DNA from: a virus
Lineage: Duplodnaviria; Caudoviricetes
DNA length: 43,108 nucleotides
Virus record (IMG/VR): IMGVR_UViG_3300032318_001718
Span: 1-43,108 of that record
Direction: 5' to 3' (one strand)
The number at the start of each line of letters is the position of its first letter. Positions within the stretch are counted from its first letter, which is position 1. The notes under the pieces are model-generated. The model had not been told where the DNA came from. It worked only from the letters and a program-made list of their open reading frames with translations, and did no database searches. Shown in pieces: positions 8,004 to 15,563 of this stretch. Position numbers and translations under genes: made by a program.

Positions 8004-10223
8004 CTAAAAGCCCACGAGCGCATTTCTAACGTTAATACCTTTTTTCTTGCTTCTCTGATTTTTAAACCAATCTGGCGTCCTGTCGATAGTATGGCCATAT
8101 TCTTCTTTATAGGAAACAGCCATATATCTAAAACTGTCACAATTACTAACTAAAGTATTATTTGCGATATAGGCGTGGTGCTTAGCTACCGTTAGATTGT
8201 ATACAGGTACTATTTGACCTGATTCTTCTACGCCGATAAGTCGCTTTGCAGTTATTACAACAGAATTTTGATCTATTAAAGTAATAGGCTTCGTATTGCT
8301 TGCCGCACGCCTGACATATTTTGTTATACGCCTTCCTACTTTCCCAAACTTTTTTACCATGTTCTTTATGCCATTCCCGACCTTCTTTTGATCTATGCCA
8401 TTCAGTAGCATAGATTTGAATTGAGAGCATATGCTCTTTAATCGCCTCGCTTTTGACCCATTTATTACTTTTGGCGTGGTGTACACTATGTTGAGATGCT
8501 GAAATGAGTTCAAGATTTTCGATATTATTATTGGCTTTGTTCCCGTCTTTGTGGTGGATATGATGATTTTCTGGTATTTTGCCGTTATAAAATTCATAAA
8601 CGTATCTATGAATAAACCTAGTTTTGGGATACCTACTACAGAAGTACCCATCCGGCCTTTTATAGAATCTGACGCTATCAAATTCTTGTAGTTCATGCTT
8701 ATATATTTTCTTACGCCCATCTTTTCCGATATAGAATCCCATTTTATTTTTGTATCGCTAAGTATTAAATCATTATATCGCAATCCGTCCGCACGTACTA
8801 CACCTCTAGAAGTTAATATCTTATGATTTTTCGTGCATTCAAGATAAGTGCCGTCATCAAATTTTAATTTAATTGTGGGCTCATATCCCGTTAAACCTGA
8901 TTCGGTGACATTACCTTTCAAGTTGCCTAAAATTACAGTATCGTTTTTTTGAACATCCTTAATTGCTATGTCGCCCCGTGTAGTTTTAATTATAGTATCG
9001 CCTTTTAAACAAGCGTGTGAGCTCCAGTCGTGGACAGGAGATGTTCTATAAGTTTGATTAGTTTCGTCAAAGTCTTTGTGATAGTTTCTTAAAGCTCTTA
9101 TTCCTTGTTTGCAGTTTGTATCATCAAAGTAACATCTGCTAAATATCAGTCTTACCGCTTCGATTCCGTCTTCTATAGAAAGCTTAGGGGCAATCTTGAA
9201 TCTGATTCCTAAGTCTTTAGCTATGTCGATTCTAGCTCTTCCGCTTGTGAATTCTCGAACTTCAATATCGTGAGGTGCGTAATGATCTTTATATATGTAA
9301 GGCTTAGATTGTAAGTACTTTATATAATGAGTCAAACCCTCTCCGCTGTTTTCGTAATAATCTATTAGTCTTATTTCTTTTCCTACAAATTGAGCAAACC
9401 AAATTGCCGTGCTATCGCCTACTCCGATATCCCAGAAAGTACAAACAGGTAGCTTTTCTTCATAAGGAATTTTTGTGAAGCGGTTTTCCTCTGTAGCTAG
9501 CCTTATTTGATTTGAAAAGTAAGCGCCGGAAGCCGAGGCAGAAAATGAACAATAGAATTCTTGCTGTATTAAATCCTCAGACATTCCAGACTTGCGGAGA
9601 TCTTCTATTACTTTCATATCGACTACAGGGGAGCCGTCTTCTCGTTTTGTATCCTCTATCGTTAGAATCTGACAAAACCAATCCGGAAGGTTTTTTGCTG
9701 TAGAATATAATTCAAAGGCGTGATTTTCGCCTCTAGGTGTAGTGTTATAGACTTCCCAGCCCCCGTTTTCTGCTAAAATAGGTGACATATACTCGCGAAC
9801 TAGCGGGTTTTGTAGAGAGTATTCAGAGTAGACAATTCCTCTAGGATTTGTACCGACGATAGAATCAATCCTGTCAGAGCCGATCACCTGAAATGTAGAA
9901 CCGTTAATAAGTTCGATAAACATTTCCGTATTATCCGTCTTTTTTCTTATAGCTTCGGGAATATGATTTATGAATTTAAAGCCGTTTTTGTCGATTCCAT
10001 TCCAAAGAATTTTCCTACCTTGTGCGTAAGTAGGGAATATATAGAAATAGTTGCCGACTTCTTTTAACATTTCTTTTACACAAAGATTTATTAAAGTTTT
10101 ATCTTTGCCGGCTCTTCTATGCCAAACACAAAAGATTTTCCTATAACCATTGGAAAGGGCATTGAATAGCGGTTTCTGATAGTCTCTAGGTGTATAGTTA
10201 TACGGTATTGTTAAGGTCGCCAT
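8004..10223 (-). CDS. terL: terminase large subunit precursor containing an intein (449 aa after splicing)
   Basis: PRDYQ, WHRRAGKD Walker A, IVYSEY Walker B, TPRG coupling motif, WDIGVGDSTAIW and HDWSSHA/CDSFRY nuclease motifs. Confidence 0.95.
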   Translation of the reverse strand: MATLTIPYNYTPRDYQKPLFNALSNGYRKIFCVWHRRAGKDKTLINLCVKEMLKEVGNYFYIFPTYAQGRKILWNGIDKNGFKFINHIPEAIRKKTDNTEMFIELINGSTFQVIGSDRIDSIVGTNPRGIVYSEYSLQNPLVREYMSPILAENGGWEVYNTTPRGENHAFELYSTAKNLPDWFCQILTIEDTKREDGSPVVDMKVIEDLRKSGMSEDLIQQEFYCSFSASASGAYFSNQIRLATEENRFTKIPYEEKLPVCTFWDIGVGDSTAIWFAQFVGKEIRLIDYYENSGEGLTHYIKYLQSKPYIYKDHYAPHDIEVREFTSGRARIDIAKDLGIRFKIAPKLSIEDGIEAVRLIFSRCYFDDTNCKQGIRALRNYHKDFDETNQTYRTSPVHDWSSHACLKGDTIIKTTRGDIAIKDVQKNDTVILGNLKGNVTESGLTGYEPTIKLKFDDGTYLECTKNHKILTSRGVVRADGLRYNDLILSDTKIKWDSISEKMGVRKYISMNYKNLIASDSIKGRMGTSVVGIPKLGLFIDTFMNFITAKYQKIIISTTKTGTKPIIISKILNSFQHLNIVYTTPKVINGSKARRLKSICSQFKSMLLNGIDQKKVGNGIKNMVKKFGKVGRRITKYVRRAASNTKPITLIDQNSVVITAKRLIGVEESGQIVPVYNLTVAKHHAYIANNTLVSNCDSFRYMAVSYKEEYGHTIDRTPDWFKNQRSKKKGINVRNALVGF
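8142..9011 (-). mobile_element. intein, 290 aa (TerL residues 405-694)
   Basis: Block A CLKGDTIIKT, block B ECTKNHKILT, block F VYNLTVAKHHAYIAN, block G TLVSN followed by +1 Cys; removal restores HDWSSHACDSFRY. Confidence 0.93.
8182..8742 (-). CDS. HNH homing endonuclease overprinted inside the intein in a different reading frame
   Basis: HRYVYEFYNGKIPENHHIHHKDGNKANNNIENLEL HNH motif, C-terminal CQAC...FCCNNC zinc-binding module, A-rich initiation context AAAAATAAAATG. Confidence 0.88.
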   Translation of the reverse strand: MGFYIGKDGRKKIYKHELQEFDSVRFYKRPDGYFCSRYPKTRFIHRYVYEFYNGKIPENHHIHHKDGNKANNNIENLELISASQHSVHHAKSNKWVKSEAIKEHMLSIQIYATEWHRSKEGREWHKEHGKKVWESRKAYNKICQACGKQYEAYYFNRSKFCCNNCKATYRRRRIRSNSTCIQSNGS

Positions 10224-10291
10224 ATTTTGTCTTTGTCTAGCGATTTTCAGAACTTAATATGTAGTTATTTCATTACTTTTCGTACAATAAA

Positions 10292-10705
10292 TTAGAACGG
10301 CAACTCGCTGTCTTTTTTTGTGTCGACCGCTTTCACTTTTTGTTCATCATCTCTATCAAAATTTGAATCTCGTTTACCATCTAACATCATGATGTCGGTA
10401 ATTCTTATTTTGTGTTTAGTTCTCGTTTTGCCGGTGTCAGCATCATTCCATTGATCTGCTTTTAAGGATCCTTCGATGTAGATACGACTACCTTTTTTAA
10501 CATAATTTTTAACGACTCCTGCTAGCCCTGACCATGCCTCGCAGTCTATATAAGTAGTATTTTCTACAACTTCACCGTTTGGCTTTTTGTAGCTTTCATT
10601 CACAGCTAATGTGAATTTAGCAACTTCTGTATTTTCATTTATTTGTACGTTCTCTGGATCTCTTGTGAGATTACCGATCATTATTATTTTGTTTACTGAT
10701 TTCAT
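10292..10705 (-). CDS. ssb: single-stranded DNA-binding protein
   Basis: VNKIIMIGNLTRDPE, KKGSRIYIEGSL, acidic tail ending ELPF. Confidence 0.95.
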   Translation of the reverse strand: MKSVNKIIMIGNLTRDPENVQINENTEVAKFTLAVNESYKKPNGEVVENTTYIDCEAWSGLAGVVKNYVKKGSRIYIEGSLKADQWNDADTGKTRTKHKIRITDIMMLDGKRDSNFDRDDEQKVKAVDTKKDSELPF

Positions 10706-10842
10706 TTTTAATATTACGAGTATATTATACTCGGTTTTAAACCTCGTAGGAAGCGTTTAAAGCCCCGCGATTTTTAAAAGATGAGTACTAGGTATCTCAA
10801 GTGCCTCACTTAGAAACTGAGTATAATAGACATTATACACAG

Positions 10843-11235
10843 TTATTTAAAGCTATCGATTAAATTTATGTTGATAGAACCGCTTATTTCGTGTTTTTCG
10901 CTCGGTTTTAAACCGCCTAATTCGTTAATATATTTTACATAGTCTAAGCGTACTTTACTATCGGTCACTTCTGTGCCATCTTTTGTGAATGTAACGGCAT
11001 TCATACCCTCCTCAAGAACTTTTGCTGCTCTATCTTCCGTAATGCCCGCTTTTCGCATGCAGTAACGCATATATTCTATTGTTCCGACTTTTTCCGCAAC
11101 CCTGTCTGTAGCATTGTCGGCGGTCTCTTCGCTATATCCGGCATCTAGTGCAGCTCTCCTATTAGATTTTCCTTTAAGCTTTTCTTCGACAAAGCGTTTT
11201 TGTCTATCTGTAGGCTTTATTTTCCTTTTCTTCAT
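10843..11235 (-). CDS. terS: terminase small subunit
   Basis: TDRQKRFVEE...AALDAGYSEETA N-terminal HTH typical of TerS; upstream of terL. Confidence 0.85.
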   Translation of the reverse strand: MKKRKIKPTDRQKRFVEEKLKGKSNRRAALDAGYSEETADNATDRVAEKVGTIEYMRYCMRKAGITEDRAAKVLEEGMNAVTFTKDGTEVTDSKVRLDYVKYINELGGLKPSEKHEISGSININLIDSFK

Positions 11236-11280
11236 TTTTGATATTACAAAAAGATATTATAAAAAGTAAATAGTAAACAC

Positions 11281-11309
11281 TTGACATTATGTCTAATTTA
11301 TATTATTAT
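11281..11309 (+). promoter_or_regulatory. sigma70 promoter TTGACA-17-TATTAT overlapped by operator TTGACATTATGTCTA
   Basis: Consensus -35, near-consensus -10, 17-bp spacer; precedes the plus-strand small-gene block. Confidence 0.7.
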
Positions 11310-11547
11310 ATTTTAACAAGTTCAGAAACTATCAAGCAAACAAAAAAAGTAGATGATGAATCGAAATTCTGCCCGAAGGAAGGGGACTTGTTAAGATACA
11401 ATAAAAATAAATAAAGGTCAAAAATGAAAAAGAAAAGTTACAAAACAACAAGAGCGGCTAGATTAATCAGATGTTTTATAATAAACAATATCCGCCCCCT
11501 ATTTATACAACAACCCATAATAATTAATTTCAAAAATAGATAATACA

Positions 11548-11916
11548 ATGACAAAAAAACAAATAATCAAAAAACTAAAAGAATATTCGTTATACGATGA
11601 TACCTGCGTAAAACGCTATGTCGCCGAAGATATAATTGATATGTCCTGCGGTGAAGACGATCAACCCGAAAACTATATAAAACAAGTTATACAGCATGGC
11701 TGTATATCAGGCTGTGTCCCCTCATTAATCTATTATCACGACGCGCAAGAATTTTATATCAAATATATCGAGGATATCGAAAACATAATAAATGATTTAG
11801 AAAATGAGACAGAAGAGCCGGTTCAATTAAAATGGCCTAAATTCAATTCAATGGCCTGGGTTGCCTATGAAGAGACAATGAGACAAATTGCCGACGAATT
11901 AGGAATAGAATATTAA
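11548..11916 (+). CDS. conserved phage protein of unknown function
   Basis: HGCISGCVPSLIYY and MAWVAYEE motifs recur in a widespread phage family. Confidence 0.8.
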   Translation: MTKKQIIKKLKEYSLYDDTCVKRYVAEDIIDMSCGEDDQPENYIKQVIQHGCISGCVPSLIYYHDAQEFYIKYIEDIENIINDLENETEEPVQLKWPKFNSMAWVAYEETMRQIADELGIEY

Positions 11917-11946
11917 ATAATTAACAAGCAAAAAGAAAGTAAAAGA

Positions 11947-12171
11947 ATGAAAAATAAACAAATATATACAAATACAATAAATTTCATATTAATATACGAT
12001 AAAAATCTAAAATCTTATTTTACAAGTTCAAATTGTAATCTTGAAATATCATATGATGTATTAGAACGTCATGAACTTTCTAAACCAAATAATTTTAACA
12101 AAGCTATAAAAAATATTCTTGAAGAAAAATACGGTTATGAAAATGTAATCGTTACAACTCTAAAGCCTTAA
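11947..12171 (+). CDS. hypothetical protein
   Basis: 74-aa ORF with A-rich start context. Confidence 0.6.
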   Translation: MKNKQIYTNTINFILIYDKNLKSYFTSSNCNLEISYDVLERHELSKPNNFNKAIKNILEEKYGYENVIVTTLKP

Positions 12172-12215
12172 TAAAAATTTTAAAGAAATAAGATAAACAA
12201 TTAACAATCAACAAT

Positions 12216-12237
12216 AAGCCCTATCTCTAGGGCTTTT
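12216..12237 (+). terminator. putative intrinsic terminator
   Basis: AAGCCCTA-TCTC-TAGGGCTT followed by T residues. Confidence 0.55.
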
Positions 12238-12263
12238 ATATAAATTTAAAATAAGAAACATTT

Positions 12264-12488
12264 ATGAAAATATCACTAGATGAACAAGATATAAACGTTT
12301 TAATAGAATTATTAAAGCAGGAGATTTACTCTATAGACAAAGGAGAACCTCAAAAAGAATTTGAAGGAAACGCCGGAAACCTATATTTTCACTACAAATA
12401 TTTACTTGAGAGATTACAATCGGATATAGAATTTTATTATAAAAACATAAATTATATACCGCCAACTAATAATGATTTTCCATTTTAA
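12264..12488 (+). CDS. hypothetical protein with SSB-like acidic DFPF tail
   Basis: 74-aa ORF ending NNDFPF. Confidence 0.6.
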   Translation: MKISLDEQDINVLIELLKQEIYSIDKGEPQKEFEGNAGNLYFHYKYLLERLQSDIEFYYKNINYIPPTNNDFPF

Positions 12489-12778
12489 AACAATAAATAA
12501 GGAAATATATAAAATATTTATACAATTATAATCATAGATTAAAAAAACAAAATAAATTTATAATTGTAGATTATAGAAACAATTTCAAGTTATTAAAATC
12601 TATGATTAACGGAATTATATATTCGAGAAAAGCTTATTTTAATATACAGCGAATTGAAATAGATGTATTTAATCTTTCAAACTCATAATGAAGTTTTGGT
12701 AATTAATCATAACGGCGAAATATCAATAATCTATTACGTAGATATACATTCATATTTTATATAAATATTATCGTTAAC

Positions 12779-12949
12779 TTAACATTTCTTCCCTTTTTTC
12801 TTTTTTGGAGCGTCTTTATTGGCGATGTCCCAAACTCTTTTATTTGATATACCGTACTTTTTCGCTAAGTCGCGTGTAGACTTACCATTTTTTACAGATT
12901 TTTTTATTGATTTATTTCTATCAACTTTTTCTTCTACTATTTTTTTCAT
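12779..12949 (-). CDS. small Mor-like HTH DNA-binding protein (56 aa, not in ORF track)
   Basis: MKKIVEEKVDRNKSIKKSVKNGKSTRDLAKKYGISNKRVWDIANK...; RN..I.....G.S...LA.KYGIS..RV..I pattern; ATGA overlap with upstream gene. Confidence 0.75.
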   Translation of the reverse strand: MKKIVEEKVDRNKSIKKSVKNGKSTRDLAKKYGISNKRVWDIANKDAPKKKKGKKC

Positions 12950-13212
12950 TTTAAATTCATTAATTGTCTTGTCAGGATTTCTAGTCTATATCGATCATCC
13001 TTTCTTGTGTCAGTCAGTTTATTATTCTTCTTGTTATATATTAAATTGGCGAGAAGACATATAGAGAATACATGACCGCTTATGTCAGGATTTTTATATC
13101 CTATTTTTGTTAAGTTAACATCATGTCTATTCCTGACATATCCCTTATAATTGTCAGCATTAAGGCTATTAGCAGCCATTAATAATTCGCTATATAAAGC
13201 TTTAATATCCAT
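12946..13212 (-). CDS. hypothetical protein
   Basis: 88-aa ORF coupled to the HTH gene by ATGA. Confidence 0.6.
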   Translation of the reverse strand: MDIKALYSELLMAANSLNADNYKGYVRNRHDVNLTKIGYKNPDISGHVFSICLLANLIYNKKNNKLTDTRKDDRYRLEILTRQLMNLK

Positions 13213-13360
13213 CTTTTTAATATATGTTAACTTAACAGTTTATACAATAAAACGATACAAGATTATATCGTTAACTTAACAGTATCACTACCGTTATTTC
13301 ATATAATAAGTATAAGAATTAATAAAAGTAAACTATCATAATTACCTATTCTGAAACCGT

Positions 13361-13375
13361 ATGACATAACGTCAA
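13361..13375 (-). promoter_or_regulatory. operator-like site TTGACGTTATGTCAT
   Basis: Matches the sites at 11281 and 17532. Confidence 0.55.
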
Positions 13376-13651
13376 ATTATTTAGCAGTCTTGTTAATCCT
13401 TTGCTAAAAGTCGAGGTAATTAAAAAAAACTTTTACAAGAAAAAGAAAGAAAGTAATATAAAGAAAGAAAAAGAAACATTTATAACCAGGGGGTAATTTG
13501 AGATATTGGAGAGGGTGATTAAGAAAAGGGGGGTAGGGGGATTATAAGGGGGGGAGGGAGGAAAAGTCAAGAGGGGGAGGAAGAAGAGAAAGAAGGGGGA
13601 CGGAAAAATAAACAGACATAGAATTTATAACTATTACCTAGATTTGTTAAC

Positions 13652-13900
13652 TTAACATGGCTTGGAATTTTTTAGGGTGATTCTTATATAGTCCGAAATC
13701 TTATACTGATATAACCCCCCGAACGCCTTCTTCGGTAATCGTACTATTATCTTTTTCTTATATAGAAGAGTAACTAATGTATTAACCTCTGTTCTAGAAT
13801 AACCAAGCTCCCTGTATAAATCATTATACGTAAAAGGCTCCATACATAATAACTTAATAACGTCGTCGTAATATGTAGTAACCGTCTTATCGCCTACCAT
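13652..13900 (-). CDS. winged-helix DNA-binding protein
   Basis: VIKLL..EPFTYNDLYRELGYSRTEVNTLVTLLYKKKII wHTH pattern. Confidence 0.7.
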   Translation of the reverse strand: MVGDKTVTTYYDDVIKLLCMEPFTYNDLYRELGYSRTEVNTLVTLLYKKKIIVRLPKKAFGGLYQYKISDYIRITLKNSKPC

Positions 13901-13913
13901 CCTATTTTATTTC

Positions 13914-14180
13914 TTAATTAATAATAACTACTCTATACATCGCTTTTTCATATGACCTGATAAAGTTGAATCTGGCATCGGATGTATTACACGTAGCTAA
14001 TTTATGCCCATCTGTTACCTTAACAACAATGCCTTTCTTCATCCAAGAAGCGAGCCTTGATCGTGCATTCTTGTTAGTGATTCTAGCCATTACAGCATAA
14101 TCATTAACAGAGAAGTCTCCAATCTTAGATAACTCTATAATATCATTCTGTAATTTGTCTTTATTTACTTTCTTTAACAT
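13914..14180 (-). CDS. winged-helix-like DNA-binding protein
   Basis: FSVNDYAVMARITNKNARSRLASWMKKGIVVKV wHTH pattern. Confidence 0.6.
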   Translation of the reverse strand: MLKKVNKDKLQNDIIELSKIGDFSVNDYAVMARITNKNARSRLASWMKKGIVVKVTDGHKLATCNTSDARFNFIRSYEKAMYRVVIIN

Positions 14181-14189
14181 CTTTTCTTC

Positions 14190-14537
14190 TTATGTCTCTA
14201 TAAATTCTATATCTGGATATTTGTATAAAAGCATCTTCTTCTTTATGCGGTAAACAAGAGTCTTGAAGCCTTTAGAATCCTCTACGATTAGCCGTTCCTT
14301 GCCCTTAATCTTATATGTGAAATCCGCAATATATGTAATCGGCCTGTGCGTTGTTTTTCCTATCTTGAACTTTGGTTGTAGTTCGAATACTACCTGGCGT
14401 TGAAGATCAGTTATCTTCTTTGCTTTTAGTAGTAACTTTAATTCTAGATAGCGATTCGCTTCCTTTCTAGAATCAAAAGTGATTCCGTCTATCACAGTCT
14501 TTTTGTTGTTATATTTATTCCTTTTTGTCCTTATCAT
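14190..14537 (-). CDS. DUF1064-family PD-(D/E)xK nuclease-like protein
   Basis: NKYNNKKTVIDGITFDSRKEA, YIADFTY, VEDSKG, YRIKKK motifs. Confidence 0.9.
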   Translation of the reverse strand: MIRTKRNKYNNKKTVIDGITFDSRKEANRYLELKLLLKAKKITDLQRQVVFELQPKFKIGKTTHRPITYIADFTYKIKGKERLIVEDSKGFKTLVYRIKKKMLLYKYPDIEFIET

Positions 14538-14766
14538 AAACGATTTCTGATAGCGATTTTACTCTCGTTACTAATAATTCAATCTCATAAAGGACCTTGT
14601 TTCTTAACTCCCCGTCCGTGATACCCAATCTATCCGTTATCTGCTTAGCTTCTTTGATTATCTCCTTACGAAATAAGTAATCATACTTGGATAATATTCC
14701 TCGATGTACTGTCTTGCCTAGCTTTTTCTCCATTTCTGATTTTTTATATATCTCGTTCCATTTCAT
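14515..14766 (-). CDS. hypothetical protein
   Basis: 83-aa ORF overlapping the next gene. Confidence 0.6.
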   Translation of the reverse strand: MKWNEIYKKSEMEKKLGKTVHRGILSKYDYLFRKEIIKEAKQITDRLGITDGELRNKVLYEIELLVTRVKSLSEIVYDKDKKE

Positions 14767-14866
14767 ATTGCCATTTCTTGCCCCTTAATCATTCGTCTAG
14801 CACGCGTTACGCGCCTAAGATGAGTATTGGGTCGTTTCAATATTTTCTCATACCTTCTAGGACCTC

Positions 14867-15010
14867 TTATTGCGTTATTTCTAAAATCCCGATTATACAT
14901 ACCGCTGATATAGCGAATAGCATTATTGTTATTATCCATCTTACTATTCTTGCTTCTACCATATTTCTTTTCTTAAACTTATCGGCGATAAAGTCCTTTA
15001 TTTTTTCCAT
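14867..15010 (-). CDS. small membrane protein (47 aa, not in ORF track)
   Basis: MEKIKDFIADKFKKRNMVEARIVRWIITIMLFAISAVCIIGILEITQ*, fills the gap in the operon. Confidence 0.55.
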   Translation of the reverse strand: MEKIKDFIADKFKKRNMVEARIVRWIITIMLFAISAVCIIGILEITQ

Positions 15011-15023
15011 TCCTATTATCATA

Positions 15024-15563
15024 TTATACAATTTTTGCATTATTAATGATATGCCCCGCCTCTCTTAGATCTATGACTTTTCTGTCTTGGATATATTCGA
15101 CGAGTTGACGCTTGCATTCCGCATACGTAATATCCGTGCCACAGTATCTTTCCCCCCTACACGCTACATATACAGAAAAAGCCCTTGCATTGAAGGATTT
15201 ATCATTTTGATTCTCTTCCAGTGTTATATCACGAGAAGGCTCCCATATATCAGTTTTCTTTGTTGTGATAGCATTATTTTGCGATAATTTAATCAGATTT
15301 TCTGCTTGCTTTGATGCAACATCTACTTTCTTCTTTTCTGTGGCATAAAAATCTTTAAGTATATTAACTGCTTCGTGAATATTTTGCGGTGGGGATGGTA
15401 ACTCCCGTACTCCTAGTTGACTAAATGCGTCTAGACCGAGCTGGTAATCTAGCTTTTGAATAGCTTCACACAGAGTATTAATCACTATCTGGCTACTTAG
15501 TACTGGTAAGTGGAATAGTTGATTAATTGCTTGTATGAATTCTGTCGCCTGCGATGTTGTCAT
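15024..15563 (-). CDS. replication accessory protein, possible helicase loader/inhibitor
   Basis: Directly follows the initiator; MTTSQATEFIQAI N-terminus resembles loader-type proteins; function inferred from position. Confidence 0.45.
   Translation of the reverse strand: MTTSQATEFIQAINQLFHLPVLSSQIVINTLCEAIQKLDYQLGLDAFSQLGVRELPSPPQNIHEAVNILKDFYATEKKKVDVASKQAENLIKLSQNNAITTKKTDIWEPSRDITLEENQNDKSFNARAFSVYVACRGERYCGTDITYAECKRQLVEYIQDRKVIDLREAGHIINNAKIV

Larger units (their letters stand above)
12773..13656. repeat. five copies of the 11-bp palindrome GTTAA(C/G)TTAAC
   Basis: Copies at 12773, 13109, 13226, 13270 and 13646. Confidence 0.85.

Noticed and set aside
7937-8140. 67-aa ORF overlapping the terL 3' end
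   Set aside because: Alternative-frame overlap with terL and the next gene, no motif
8735-8765. Programmed -1 frameshift fusing the intein N-terminus to the HNH
   Set aside because: ACA AAA ATA AAA TGG is not a canonical X XXY YYZ heptamer and the HNH has its own ATG in a typical context; not formally excluded
12509-12690. 59-codon plus-strand frame starting with ATA after AAGGA
   Set aside because: No standard start codon or motif in very AT-rich DNA; possible decayed gene but unsupported
10778-14832. Shared AAGATGAGTAYTRGG word near 10778 and 14817
   Set aside because: Only two short copies with poorly alignable flanks; could be chance
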